A DNA stretch of 64,000 nucleotides from Candidatus Latescibacterota bacterium (lineage in GTDB: Bacteria > Latescibacterota > UBA2968 > UBA8231). The DNA lies in assembly GCA_965215195.1 (NCBI GenBank), contig CBDCDC010000001.1:96001-160000 (forward strand), in the 5' to 3' direction. Below are positions 46,082-54,625 of the stretch, in pieces (position 1 is the stretch's first letter; each line of letters starts with the position of its first letter). The translations under genes were made by a program, and so were the position numbers. Under the pieces are notes generated by a model that saw only the letters and a list, made by a program, of their open reading frames with translations, was not told where the DNA came from and did no database searches.

Positions 46082-47659
46082 TCAGTGAGAGATAGCCAAT
46101 TCAACGCCAGTCAGTATCACTGGCTCGCGGCGACCTTTCTGCCCCGCCACTAGCCGCACGACGATCTCGTTGATCCCCTGCCGCAAAAGAGAACCATCCA
46201 CTGCAAATTCCACGCTGATCCCTTCCATTTGTTGCTCGAGCGGACGGGTGGGATAGCTGGCCCAAAACAGCGGCACCACCTGCTGACGCGGCCAGCCATC
46301 GCCGCAGACTTGGGCTTGATCCCAAGGAAGGGCGCGGCCGTTGAGTTCGACTTCGAGACGGTCCTCCGGCGGCAGGTGCTCCAAGCGCAAGGCCAAGCCG
46401 CCGGTGGCGTCGGCCACTTCATCGGCGACGCGGATGCAAAGCGTCGGCCCCAAGCTCGGGCTTTCAGCGGGCAAGGGCACCGGAAGCGGCGTTGAGGGGT
46501 GGGCCAAGCGGAAGGCGGCGCTGTGGCCCTCCGTGGGGCTGAAGGACATGGTACCGCTGATTTCGTAGCACTTGTCGAGTTTTTTCAGGGTTTCGAGATC
46601 GGAAAACTCAGCAGCTGTCTGGCGGTTCCACTCGGGCGACATGGTGTAGAAGTTGTACAGATAAATGCCGTCGGCCCCGTCGGTGAGCCAGCGCAAGGCC
46701 AAGGCGCGGAGGAAGCGCCGGTCGCTGTGGCGGGTGGCCTCAATGCAGCCATAGACGCGGCAGGGGGTAGCGGCCGCAGCGCGGACGAATTCATCGACCG
46801 GGGTCTCAAACGAGATAAAGCCGCCGCCAACGACCGCGATATCGACGAGGCCGGTCTCGATCCATTCGGCAACGTCGAGGCCGATGCGCCGCGAGTCGGC
46901 CAAAGTCGGTGGGACGCGAACGGCCAGTTGCAATGGTTTGCCCCGTTGGGCACTGACCTCGTCGAGCCGCGCCTTGATCGTTTGCACCAGATCGGTCATC
47001 AGGTAGCTGTTGGCCGTGGCTTCGGCCATGCGGAAAAAGGCCGGATGGCGCATGAAGTCGAGCTCGATGCCATCCACGTCAAAGCGCTCAAAGACCTCGC
47101 AGGCAATGCGCCGCACGTGCTCGCGCACCTCGGCGTGGGCGTAGTCGAGGCCGGTGCGGATGCCCCACTCAACCGACTTTGCGGGGAAGTCCTCGCCGGG
47201 GCGGCCAATGAGCAGGTGGGGCTGCTGGCGGCGGAAGCGACCGTAGCCGGGATGGGTCGGGTCGATTACATAGTGGCTGTTCATGCGGATGCGCGGGAAA
47301 AAGGGAATCGCCGCCGCTCGGCACAGCCCGGCAAGCGCGGTCAACGGCCCGCCGCACTCGGCGATCAGGTTCTGTAGGTTGGCGGCGAGCCGCTCCTCAA
47401 CGCCGGGCGTGGCCGAGTGGACGAAGGAGGGGGCGGTCGCGTCGAGGCCGCTACTTGCGTCGCCGAATTTCTCGCCAATCTCCGTCTCGAACTGATAGAC
47501 CTCGTGATCGCCCGTGCTCCACCAAAACGCGCCGCCAGTGCCGGCATAGCCGTTGACGACTTTTTCCTTGAGGTCGGCGACCAAGACGTTTTCCTCGGCC
47601 GTGAAAATCCAGCCATCGTCGGTGAAAATGATGGGCGGTGCCTTGCGCTTGTGGGCCAT
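46082..47659 (-). CDS. Putative glycoside hydrolase-like TIM-barrel protein (GHL10-like)
   Basis: IIFTDDG, RIRMN, LDYAHAEVR, DVDGIELDFMR, DGIYLYNF. Confidence 0.7.
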   Translation of the reverse strand: MAHKRKAPPIIFTDDGWIFTAEENVLVADLKEKVVNGYAGTGGAFWWSTGDHEVYQFETEIGEKFGDASSGLDATAPSFVHSATPGVEERLAANLQNLIAECGGPLTALAGLCRAAAIPFFPRIRMNSHYVIDPTHPGYGRFRRQQPHLLIGRPGEDFPAKSVEWGIRTGLDYAHAEVREHVRRIACEVFERFDVDGIELDFMRHPAFFRMAEATANSYLMTDLVQTIKARLDEVSAQRGKPLQLAVRVPPTLADSRRIGLDVAEWIETGLVDIAVVGGGFISFETPVDEFVRAAAATPCRVYGCIEATRHSDRRFLRALALRWLTDGADGIYLYNFYTMSPEWNRQTAAEFSDLETLKKLDKCYEISGTMSFSPTEGHSAAFRLAHPSTPLPVPLPAESPSLGPTLCIRVADEVADATGGLALRLEHLPPEDRLEVELNGRALPWDQAQVCGDGWPRQQVVPLFWASYPTRPLEQQMEGISVEFAVDGSLLRQGINEIVVRLVAGQKGRREPVILTGVELAISH

Positions 47660-47725
47660 GTCTCCTCCTCGCTAGCAGTCTAAACAACGGGCGATATTCA
47701 GAGCTTATAAGACAGCTTCTAACCA

Positions 47726-48805
47726 CTAACCACTCTGTATATAGGCTTTGACGATATCGATGATTAACGCGACGTCGCAGCGGGCCTCTTCCAAAGGAGT
47801 ACGTGGCTGCGCACCCTCAGTAATGCAGGCGTGGAAGTGCTTCAGCTCGCGGACGAAGGGGCCTTCCCACGCAATGGCCGGGCGGTGGGTGATGGCCTCG
47901 CCGGCTTCGTCGAGGGTCTGAATCTCCAAGGTCGAGAGGATGCCCCGCGAAAAGCCGGTCGGGTAAGAGAGCAATACGCGGCGGTCGTCGCCGCAGACTT
48001 CGAGGGTCTCCTTAAAGTCGCGCACGTCCTTTAACTCGACCCAAGTGGCCGCACAGCGAGCGCCGTTTGGGTATGCGAGCATGGTGCTGACGCCCCAGCC
48101 GTCGTACCAGATTTCGCTGCTGGCGACCCTTTCGGGCACACCCATGAGGGTGCGCAGGCCGTAGAGGTCGTGGATCATGCTGCCGGAGAGGCAGCCAAAG
48201 GCAGCCCGCACGTCGGCCGGGACCTCGCCGATGGCCGCACGCACGGCCGCAGCACGTGCCGCGCTCGTCTGCGCGACGGCCGTAGCGGGTATGTCGTCGG
48301 CGCGGTGCAGGCGGAAGTGTGCCAGATGATGCGCGTTGCTGGTGTGCAGGTGGTGGATCTGGACGAAGCGGATCGCGGCCATGTCGGCGATTGCGCGAGC
48401 GGCCGCCTCAAAGGCCGGGTCGTACACCTTCATATAACCGGCCAAGCCAACCGTGCCAGCCGCCTGCCGGGCGGCAATGATCCGGTCGGCCTCTTGCAGC
48501 GAGAAGCAGATCGGCTTTTCAATGAAGACGTGTTTGCCGGCCTCAAAAGCGGCGACAGCGATCTCGGTCTTGGGGTCGGTATGGCACAAGAGCACGGCGT
48601 CGAGATCCGCGGCGAGCAGCGCGCGCCAGTCGCTGGTGTGGCGCGGCACGTGAAACTCTTGCGCCACGGTCTGCGCCAAGCGCGGCGAGAGGTCGCAAAC
48701 CATTTCTACGGAAAATAGGTTCTTGAGCGCGGTGAGGTTGGGCAGGTGCTGGACTTGGGCGACGGCACCACAGCCGACGACGCCGATGCGGATAGGGGCT
48801 TTCAT
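47726..48805 (-). CDS. Gfo/Idh/MocA oxidoreductase
   Basis: GVVGCGAVA, HVFIEKP, GYMKVYDP, IHD. Confidence 0.9.
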   Translation of the reverse strand: MKAPIRIGVVGCGAVAQVQHLPNLTALKNLFSVEMVCDLSPRLAQTVAQEFHVPRHTSDWRALLAADLDAVLLCHTDPKTEIAVAAFEAGKHVFIEKPICFSLQEADRIIAARQAAGTVGLAGYMKVYDPAFEAAARAIADMAAIRFVQIHHLHTSNAHHLAHFRLHRADDIPATAVAQTSAARAAAVRAAIGEVPADVRAAFGCLSGSMIHDLYGLRTLMGVPERVASSEIWYDGWGVSTMLAYPNGARCAATWVELKDVRDFKETLEVCGDDRRVLLSYPTGFSRGILSTLEIQTLDEAGEAITHRPAIAWEGPFVRELKHFHACITEGAQPRTPLEEARCDVALIIDIVKAYIQSG

Positions 48806-49061
48806 AAGCGGTGTTCTGTGGTTTGAGTGGAAAGGCGTGTTGGGTCTCGGGCGAAAAATAGCGCGGCCCCTCTCCTGCCACAAGGCAAAAGGCGTCTTGC
48901 GTACGACCGCGAAGAGCGGTGCCAAGCAGGATTGACCTTAGGTTTGGTCTTGGGCATTTTGTTGGAGCGGGACTAGCGCGACGTACCGACGAAACGTGGT
49001 CAGGAGCGGCAAGTCGGGCGCGGGACTTGGCAGACTTTACCCCAAACTGAGGCGAGTCAAC

Positions 49062-49274
49062 ATGAGTCAAATCTATACAGCCCTAATCCAACAACAAGAG
49101 GACTGGTGGATCGGATGGATCGCCGAGATTCCCGGAGTCAATTGTCAAGAGAGAACAAAGGAAGAACTGATTGATACCCTTAGAATCACGCTGGTAGAAG
49201 CCTTAGAATTCAACCGGCAAGATGCAATTAATACAGCAGAAGATGGATATCAGGAAATCGCCATCCAGACGTGA
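49062..49274 (+). CDS. hicB: HicB-family antitoxin (short form)
   Basis: YTALIQQQEDWWIGWIAEIPGVNCQERTKEELIDTL. Confidence 0.85.
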   Translation: MSQIYTALIQQQEDWWIGWIAEIPGVNCQERTKEELIDTLRITLVEALEFNRQDAINTAEDGYQEIAIQT

Positions 49275-49432
49275 AACGAAAAGCATTACTCAGACACCTC
49301 AGAAGGTACAACTGTAGGTCGCAAACACTCGCAGTGCTGAATACCAAGAGTGCGGTGCCGAGGCATACTGAGATCGGCAATCAGCTTGCCAAGAAAATAT
49401 GTAAGGACTTAGGCATTCCTGTCCCCTCCTAG
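49271..49432 (+). pseudogene. hicA: HicA toxin with catalytic segment frameshifted
   Basis: MKRKALLRHLRRYNC...SAVPRHTEIGNQLAKKICKDLGIP; the GRKHS motif lies in the +1 frame from 49317. Confidence 0.8.
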
Positions 49433-49457
49433 CTCCCTCGCTGCCATTTCCATGCCT

Positions 49458-50102
49458 TTATCCCACCTTTCCGACGCGGGGCGTCAAGTCGTTCCACACA
49501 TCGGCTAGTGCGTAGGCCCGCTTAAAGCTCTGATACACGTCTTGCCACATGGCCTCGCGCAACTCGGTGGCTTGTGCTTGGTCGCCGGCCGCGAGGGCCG
49601 CTTTGAGTTGGTCGCTTCTTTCTGCTTGTGCGATCGCTAGGTCGCTGGCGGCCCAAGACAAGTCGTTAGCTGCGACCGTGAATTTGTCGATGAGTTCGTC
49701 AATGGGCGTGTCGGTATCCGTCTCCACGTCGTACGAGCTGGAGGGCTGGAAGCGGGTTGGGTGGCGGGTGCCGTCGGGGTCGCGGCCGGTGTGCGTGGGC
49801 TGGATGTGGGGCGTTACCGATAGGTACATGACCATGGGCTCGTCGCCAATGGCCCGCACCTGATGGATCTCGTCGGCGAGGGCAACGCAGAGTTGCCCCG
49901 CGCACAGCTCCTGTTCGCTGCCGGCGATGTAGAAGATGCAGCGGCCTTGCAGGATGAGGAAAATCTCGTGGCCGAGGTCGTGGCTGTGCAGGTCGGCCAC
50001 CGCGCCCGGCTGCATGCGGAGGAAGCGGGAGCGGATGTGGGGGGTGACGAGGAGGTTTTTGATGTGTTCCTCTTTGCGAAAGTCGAAAATTTCAAAGGCC
50101 AT
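49458..50102 (-). CDS. Cupin-domain protein with helical C-terminus
   Basis: HSHDLGHEIFLILQG..EIH; RBS AAGGAG. Confidence 0.85.
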   Translation of the reverse strand: MAFEIFDFRKEEHIKNLLVTPHIRSRFLRMQPGAVADLHSHDLGHEIFLILQGRCIFYIAGSEQELCAGQLCVALADEIHQVRAIGDEPMVMYLSVTPHIQPTHTGRDPDGTRHPTRFQPSSSYDVETDTDTPIDELIDKFTVAANDLSWAASDLAIAQAERSDQLKAALAAGDQAQATELREAMWQDVYQSFKRAYALADVWNDLTPRVGKVG

Positions 50103-50127
50103 GAGCAGGCTCCTTGCGAAGAGTGAG

Positions 50128-50496
50128 TTATCGAGTCCACTGCAATGTTTCGTTGGCAAGCGTTATGTCGCGTAGCGTCTGATGGATAGCGGCTAGTACA
50201 TCTGCACTGAAATGTTCCACGTCGATCATTTGGTCTCTAACGTTTGCAAAGAACGACTTCGGAATATGTGGGTTGTTCAGAGTTGAACCGCGTTGGTTGA
50301 GATAAATGGCTCGCAACTTGAGAATTTCGAGCATTTTCGCCGGTGTATAACCATCAGCATCATCCATTTCTAAGCGATATTTCTCTGCGCTCCATTGTCG
50401 ATCAAAGAATGCGTCCACCTCGGAACGGCCTTCTCCCTCTCGCAAGCCCAATAGCTGGCACAATTCCTTTTGTCGTCTATCGTCTTGGACAGCCAT
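50128..50496 (-). pseudogene. Probable internally deleted Type II restriction endonuclease
   Basis: TAATG-coupled to the m5C methyltransferase; only 122 aa; abrupt join near ..SEVDAF/FDRQW..; no D/ExK motif. Confidence 0.5.
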
Positions 50497-51620
50497 TAGG
50501 CCCCCAACGCGCTCGCTACAGATTTTGCGATAGCATAGCTCACCGGCGGGCAAACGGAATTGCCGATTTGTCCAAGGACTTGGTACACAGCACCTGCAAA
50601 GAGCCAATCTGCTGGAAAGCCTTGCAGGAGAGCACAGTCTTGGACGGAAAGCCTGAAATGGCCGTTTTCTGGGGGGAACATCGCGGCTTCCCCTCTCGAC
50701 TTTTGTACGCCGTTTGGCCAAATATGTAGCCGCTCCCAAACTTTTTGACTAGCCTTGCTGTTGAGAACACTCGTCGTCTTTCTCGGGCCAGTAAAACCAG
50801 AGCGGAGAGTCGGAGCGAAGCAATCGAATCCAATGTCGTCTAGGCCCAAAGCTGCCCTAGCACCCAGCGTACAGCGGCCCGATGAAAACAGACTGTCCTT
50901 GGGACAGTGCGTTGCCTGCGGGACCTCGAATTCACGGACTGCTTTGGACGAGCGAAACCCGACGAAAATAACTCGCTTCCTCACTTGGGGGACGCCAAAT
51001 GCAGAAGCGACGGCTTTGAACTTTGCGATGTGATAGCTTGGCTCTAACGGCACTAAAATTGCCTCGTTTACGTATTCACTGAATTTGGGAGCGAGCAGTC
51101 CCGGAACGTTTTCGGCTACGAAAGCATCGGGTTTGATGGCGAGCACCGCGTCGATAAAGGCCGGCCACATATCCCTAGTGTCCTTACTCCCACTCCGTCT
51201 TCCGGCAACGGAGAAGGGCTGGCATGGAGGGCCGCCGTGAATGAGATCGACGGCACCTGTATAGGCGGCCCAATTGACCTTTGTCACATCGCCGTATTGA
51301 CCAGAGAAAACCTTCCATTGGGGGCGGTTGCGCCGCAGCGTGGCACCGCAAATCTCCAAGGTGTCGAAACTGGCAACATGCTCAAAACCGGCCCGCTCAA
51401 AACCGAGGTCCAAGCCGCCACCCCCCGAAAACAGGGACAGCGCCCGCAAGCCCTGTTGCCGCTGTTGGGGCATTAGTTTATTTGGTGCCAAAACCGGCTT
51501 GCTAATGCGGCTTGGATCGCATGTAAGCTCACCGCGGATGGCCGCTTTTTTTCTCCGCCTAGATCGCGCAGAGATTTCCCGATACCAGTCTCTTTTTTCT
51601 TGTGATATGTCGTAGGGCAT
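50496..51620 (-). CDS. DNA (cytosine-5) methyltransferase
   Basis: LFSGGGG (I), GGPPCQPFS (IV), ENV (VI), QVRKRV (VIII), LQGFP (IX), QIGNSV (X). Confidence 0.96.
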   Translation of the reverse strand: MPYDISQEKRDWYREISARSRRRKKAAIRGELTCDPSRISKPVLAPNKLMPQQRQQGLRALSLFSGGGGLDLGFERAGFEHVASFDTLEICGATLRRNRPQWKVFSGQYGDVTKVNWAAYTGAVDLIHGGPPCQPFSVAGRRSGSKDTRDMWPAFIDAVLAIKPDAFVAENVPGLLAPKFSEYVNEAILVPLEPSYHIAKFKAVASAFGVPQVRKRVIFVGFRSSKAVREFEVPQATHCPKDSLFSSGRCTLGARAALGLDDIGFDCFAPTLRSGFTGPRKTTSVLNSKASQKVWERLHIWPNGVQKSRGEAAMFPPENGHFRLSVQDCALLQGFPADWLFAGAVYQVLGQIGNSVCPPVSYAIAKSVASALGA

Positions 51621-51718
51621 ATCCCAATATACTCAAGTCCATTCGCGGCGGCTGTACTCGGCATAAATCGCCTCCACCGAGCTGAAGCGGATTGCGCGGC
51701 CGCAATGGCCGTGCGTAC

Positions 51719-53449
51719 TCACTTCGACTCCCGTCTAGCGATGCTGAATCCGGGATTCCGCCCAGGGACTCCCCTCTTATTGATAGTGCGACTGTCACTA
51801 TTGATCAACACGCCACGCTGGAGACTAAAGTCGGCCAACGGCACAAGTTGCGCTCGCATCAACGCTTCATTCAGGGCTGCCGCCTTGTCTTTGGCGCTGT
51901 CTGCATCCGCCAACCGGCGGTCCGCGACCCACCGCGGAACGAGCACAACCACTGGACCGGGAATCTCCGCCACGAGCGAGTCAATGCGCTGCGCCGTGTC
52001 AAGGGCCTTGAATGCCGCTACCCGTACCGGATAGCCACTAGAGGCCAGCGGCCGGGTGTCCAGATGGAGTTCCTGCGGGACGATCACCGTCGCGTCCGTA
52101 GCGACATGCTTCTTTATCCAAGCCACGGCTCGCACCCGACTTTCGCTGGCGACTTCCATTTGTATGGCGAACTTGCTGAGCGGCACGTTCAAGCCCAGCG
52201 CAAAGAGCCCCACAAAACCGACCACCCCAATGGCACTTTGAAGCCCGCCAACGTCTCTCCGGCGGATCCAAGCCACGCGCATCAACCGCCCATGAAGGAA
52301 GTAAATACCGCAAGTAATAAGTACTGCGACTAGGGGGAACACAGGCAATATATTGCGCGGGAAGTGGACTCGTTGCGCCGAGAGTAGCGCCAGCAAAGCC
52401 ACGGGGAATGAGATGAGGATAAGCGTCCGGCGCCAGTCTGAATAGGCGGCCGAAATCAGACCAATCAAACAGAGAATAAGGCCGGCGACCCCGAAGTCCC
52501 AAGCAAGGTGAGACGCATAGAAAACGAGTTGGTCTAGTCCGGGGTTGGCCTCAAAGCCCGGATGTCCGGTGGCATAATGGTACGCTTGTCTGGCGAGTCC
52601 GTTCACAAAATCCGGCAGAGCGATCACCGTGTATGGAGCGACTGCGAGGAACGACAGGCCAGCTATCGTTATGGCGATGCCCGTCGCTTGAAGCCGGTGA
52701 CCGCGCTCCATGAACAGATAGATTGCAAGCAGGACGGGCAAAAGGAGAAGGCCGCAGGGGTACTTGCTGCCGGCGGCCAAGCCGACACAGATTGCCGGTG
52801 TGCCAGCGATCTCGCGTAGGGCTGGGCAAGGACGGCGAGTGCCTTGCAGCACTGCGGCCATGCCCAGCGCGACGAAACACGTGCCGACGATATCGACGTT
52901 CAGATAACTATGGGACATATGAAAGAAGAAGTAGGAGAGGGCAAGCACGAGCGGCGCAAGTATCAAAGCACTGGGCCGCCCCAGCAGTTGATAGGCCACG
53001 ACTCCACTCGCCGCCATCGCCACGACCGACAAGAGCGCAAACAGCCACCGCGCTTTCTCAACAACGCCCGGAAGGGTATAGAATGGAAAAGACACGTCCC
53101 CAAGATTCTCCCTTATGTCGATCGCACGCTTTTCAAGCCCCAATTCGGGCGCGGCACTGATGAAACCGACGCTCATCGCTGCTACCGCAAGATATGTGGG
53201 GAGGGACGGGTAGGTGAAGGGAGCCGGATGATAATTCCCAGTCGTCAGAATGTTGGCCGCTGACCGCGCTACGTGTACTTCATCGACATGCTGCGGATAG
53301 GGTAGAGACGCAGCGATGTGCGCTGTGCGTATCCAGAAAGCCACCGCGCAGAGGGCGAGCAGCGCAAGAAGGCCGCCGCGCAATGCGAAGCGTTCTCTCA
53401 GGCGTTGCACAGCAGAGAGGACATACCTCCATAAATTATTTATAAACAT
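51719..53449 (-). CDS. GT-C membrane glycosyltransferase (ArnT/PMT-like)
   Basis: HVDE, FTYPSL, SHSYLNVD, GLAAGSKYP, RNILPVFP; many transmembrane helices. Confidence 0.8.
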   Translation of the reverse strand: MFINNLWRYVLSAVQRLRERFALRGGLLALLALCAVAFWIRTAHIAASLPYPQHVDEVHVARSAANILTTGNYHPAPFTYPSLPTYLAVAAMSVGFISAAPELGLEKRAIDIRENLGDVSFPFYTLPGVVEKARWLFALLSVVAMAASGVVAYQLLGRPSALILAPLVLALSYFFFHMSHSYLNVDIVGTCFVALGMAAVLQGTRRPCPALREIAGTPAICVGLAAGSKYPCGLLLLPVLLAIYLFMERGHRLQATGIAITIAGLSFLAVAPYTVIALPDFVNGLARQAYHYATGHPGFEANPGLDQLVFYASHLAWDFGVAGLILCLIGLISAAYSDWRRTLILISFPVALLALLSAQRVHFPRNILPVFPLVAVLITCGIYFLHGRLMRVAWIRRRDVGGLQSAIGVVGFVGLFALGLNVPLSKFAIQMEVASESRVRAVAWIKKHVATDATVIVPQELHLDTRPLASSGYPVRVAAFKALDTAQRIDSLVAEIPGPVVVLVPRWVADRRLADADSAKDKAAALNEALMRAQLVPLADFSLQRGVLINSDSRTINKRGVPGRNPGFSIARRESK

Positions 53450-53512
53450 GTATTTATAAGAAATATAGAAAGAGGATCAAGGTTGTTGTTGTGCCGTGCT
53501 CATCCCAGACCA

Positions 53513-54625
53513 CTAACCCCTTAACGCCTTTTTCAGTTGTGCGGCGAGGAGTTCCTCGTCGCCATCGGCCACCGTGGGCATGGACAAGTGAAGCTGGCTT
53601 GGGGCCGCTGAGAGCCAGACCGAGGGGTTGCCGTTGCGCAGGGTTTCTTCTATGGCGGCGGCCGTGCGGCCGAGGGCTTGTTCGTCCAAGGTCAAGATCA
53701 GGGACGCGCCATCGACTGCGCTCTGCACATGGGCCAGTGCGCCGAGGTGCTGGCGCACGGTCTCGGCGCGGCGGGCGTCGTTTCGGTTGCGGGCGTCGTG
53801 GTCCATGGCCAGCCAGCGGCGCAGGGCCACGACCACGCCGACGACCTCTTGGCGGTCGATCTTGAGCGGGCGGCCAACTCCCTCTAGATCGCGGGTCTCA
53901 AAGCAGGCGAAGCTGTGCAAGTGGGCCGCTTCGATTAAGTCGGCGCGGCCGCAGAGAATGCCCGAAGAGTTGGGCGCGCCCACGTACTTGGCACCATAGC
54001 CGACTAAGTCGGCCCCGGCCGCGATGTAGCGGGTCAAGCCGTCTAGGGGATAGACGCGGAAGGCCGCGTCCACGAAAACCGGGACGTCGCGGGCGTGGGC
54101 GATGTCAATGGCCGCGGCCAGCGGGACGATGGCGGCTAAGTTGTCGATGGCCGGGTAGAGCACGGCCGCGGTTTGGGGGCCGATGGCTGCGGCGAGTTCG
54201 TCGGCCGTAGTGCCTCGCTCGGTGCCCGCCTCCACGAGGGTGACGCCGGGCAGGCGCACCATGCGGTCGTATTTGTAGCGCTGGGCCTTTTGGATGACCA
54301 CTTGGTTGGGCATGTCGGTCGCATCGGGCAAGCGGGCCATTTTCTCCGGGTCTGCGCCGGTCGCGCAGGCGGCCGTGCCCAAGACCAAAGCAGCCGCGCA
54401 GCCAGGGGTAATCAGCGCGGCCTCGGCCCCGAGCAGGTCCGCGACGATCCGCCCGGTGCTCGCCAAGAAGGCGTCCATGTCAACGTAGTAGCGGCCGGCC
54501 AGTTCCATGGCGGCGGTGATGTCCGGGTGGGGGGACGACCCCCCTAAAAGGGTGCGCGGGCCGAGGGCGTTGATCACCGGCGTCACCCCCATATCCGCGT
54601 ACAGTGCGCGCGCTTCTTCACTCAT
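53513..54625 (-). CDS. SelA-like PLP-dependent enzyme (DgaE-type), probably not selenocysteine synthase
   Basis: PVINALG..TLLGGS, VDAA, GADLVGYGAK, GRPLKI; lacks the SelA N-terminal domain. Confidence 0.8.
   Translation of the reverse strand: MSEEARALYADMGVTPVINALGPRTLLGGSSPHPDITAAMELAGRYYVDMDAFLASTGRIVADLLGAEAALITPGCAAALVLGTAACATGADPEKMARLPDATDMPNQVVIQKAQRYKYDRMVRLPGVTLVEAGTERGTTADELAAAIGPQTAAVLYPAIDNLAAIVPLAAAIDIAHARDVPVFVDAAFRVYPLDGLTRYIAAGADLVGYGAKYVGAPNSSGILCGRADLIEAAHLHSFACFETRDLEGVGRPLKIDRQEVVGVVVALRRWLAMDHDARNRNDARRAETVRQHLGALAHVQSAVDGASLILTLDEQALGRTAAAIEETLRNGNPSVWLSAAPSQLHLSMPTVADGDEELLAAQLKKALRG

Noticed and set aside
50496-51620. This methyltransferase as the cause of CCWGG depletion
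   Set aside because: Looks recently acquired and its specificity cannot be read from sequence by eye; no support.
53513-54625. True selA partnering nearby selB
   Set aside because: Only 370 aa, lacks the N-terminal tRNA-binding domain, and has GYGAK rather than FSGDK; fits the DgaE-like subfamily.
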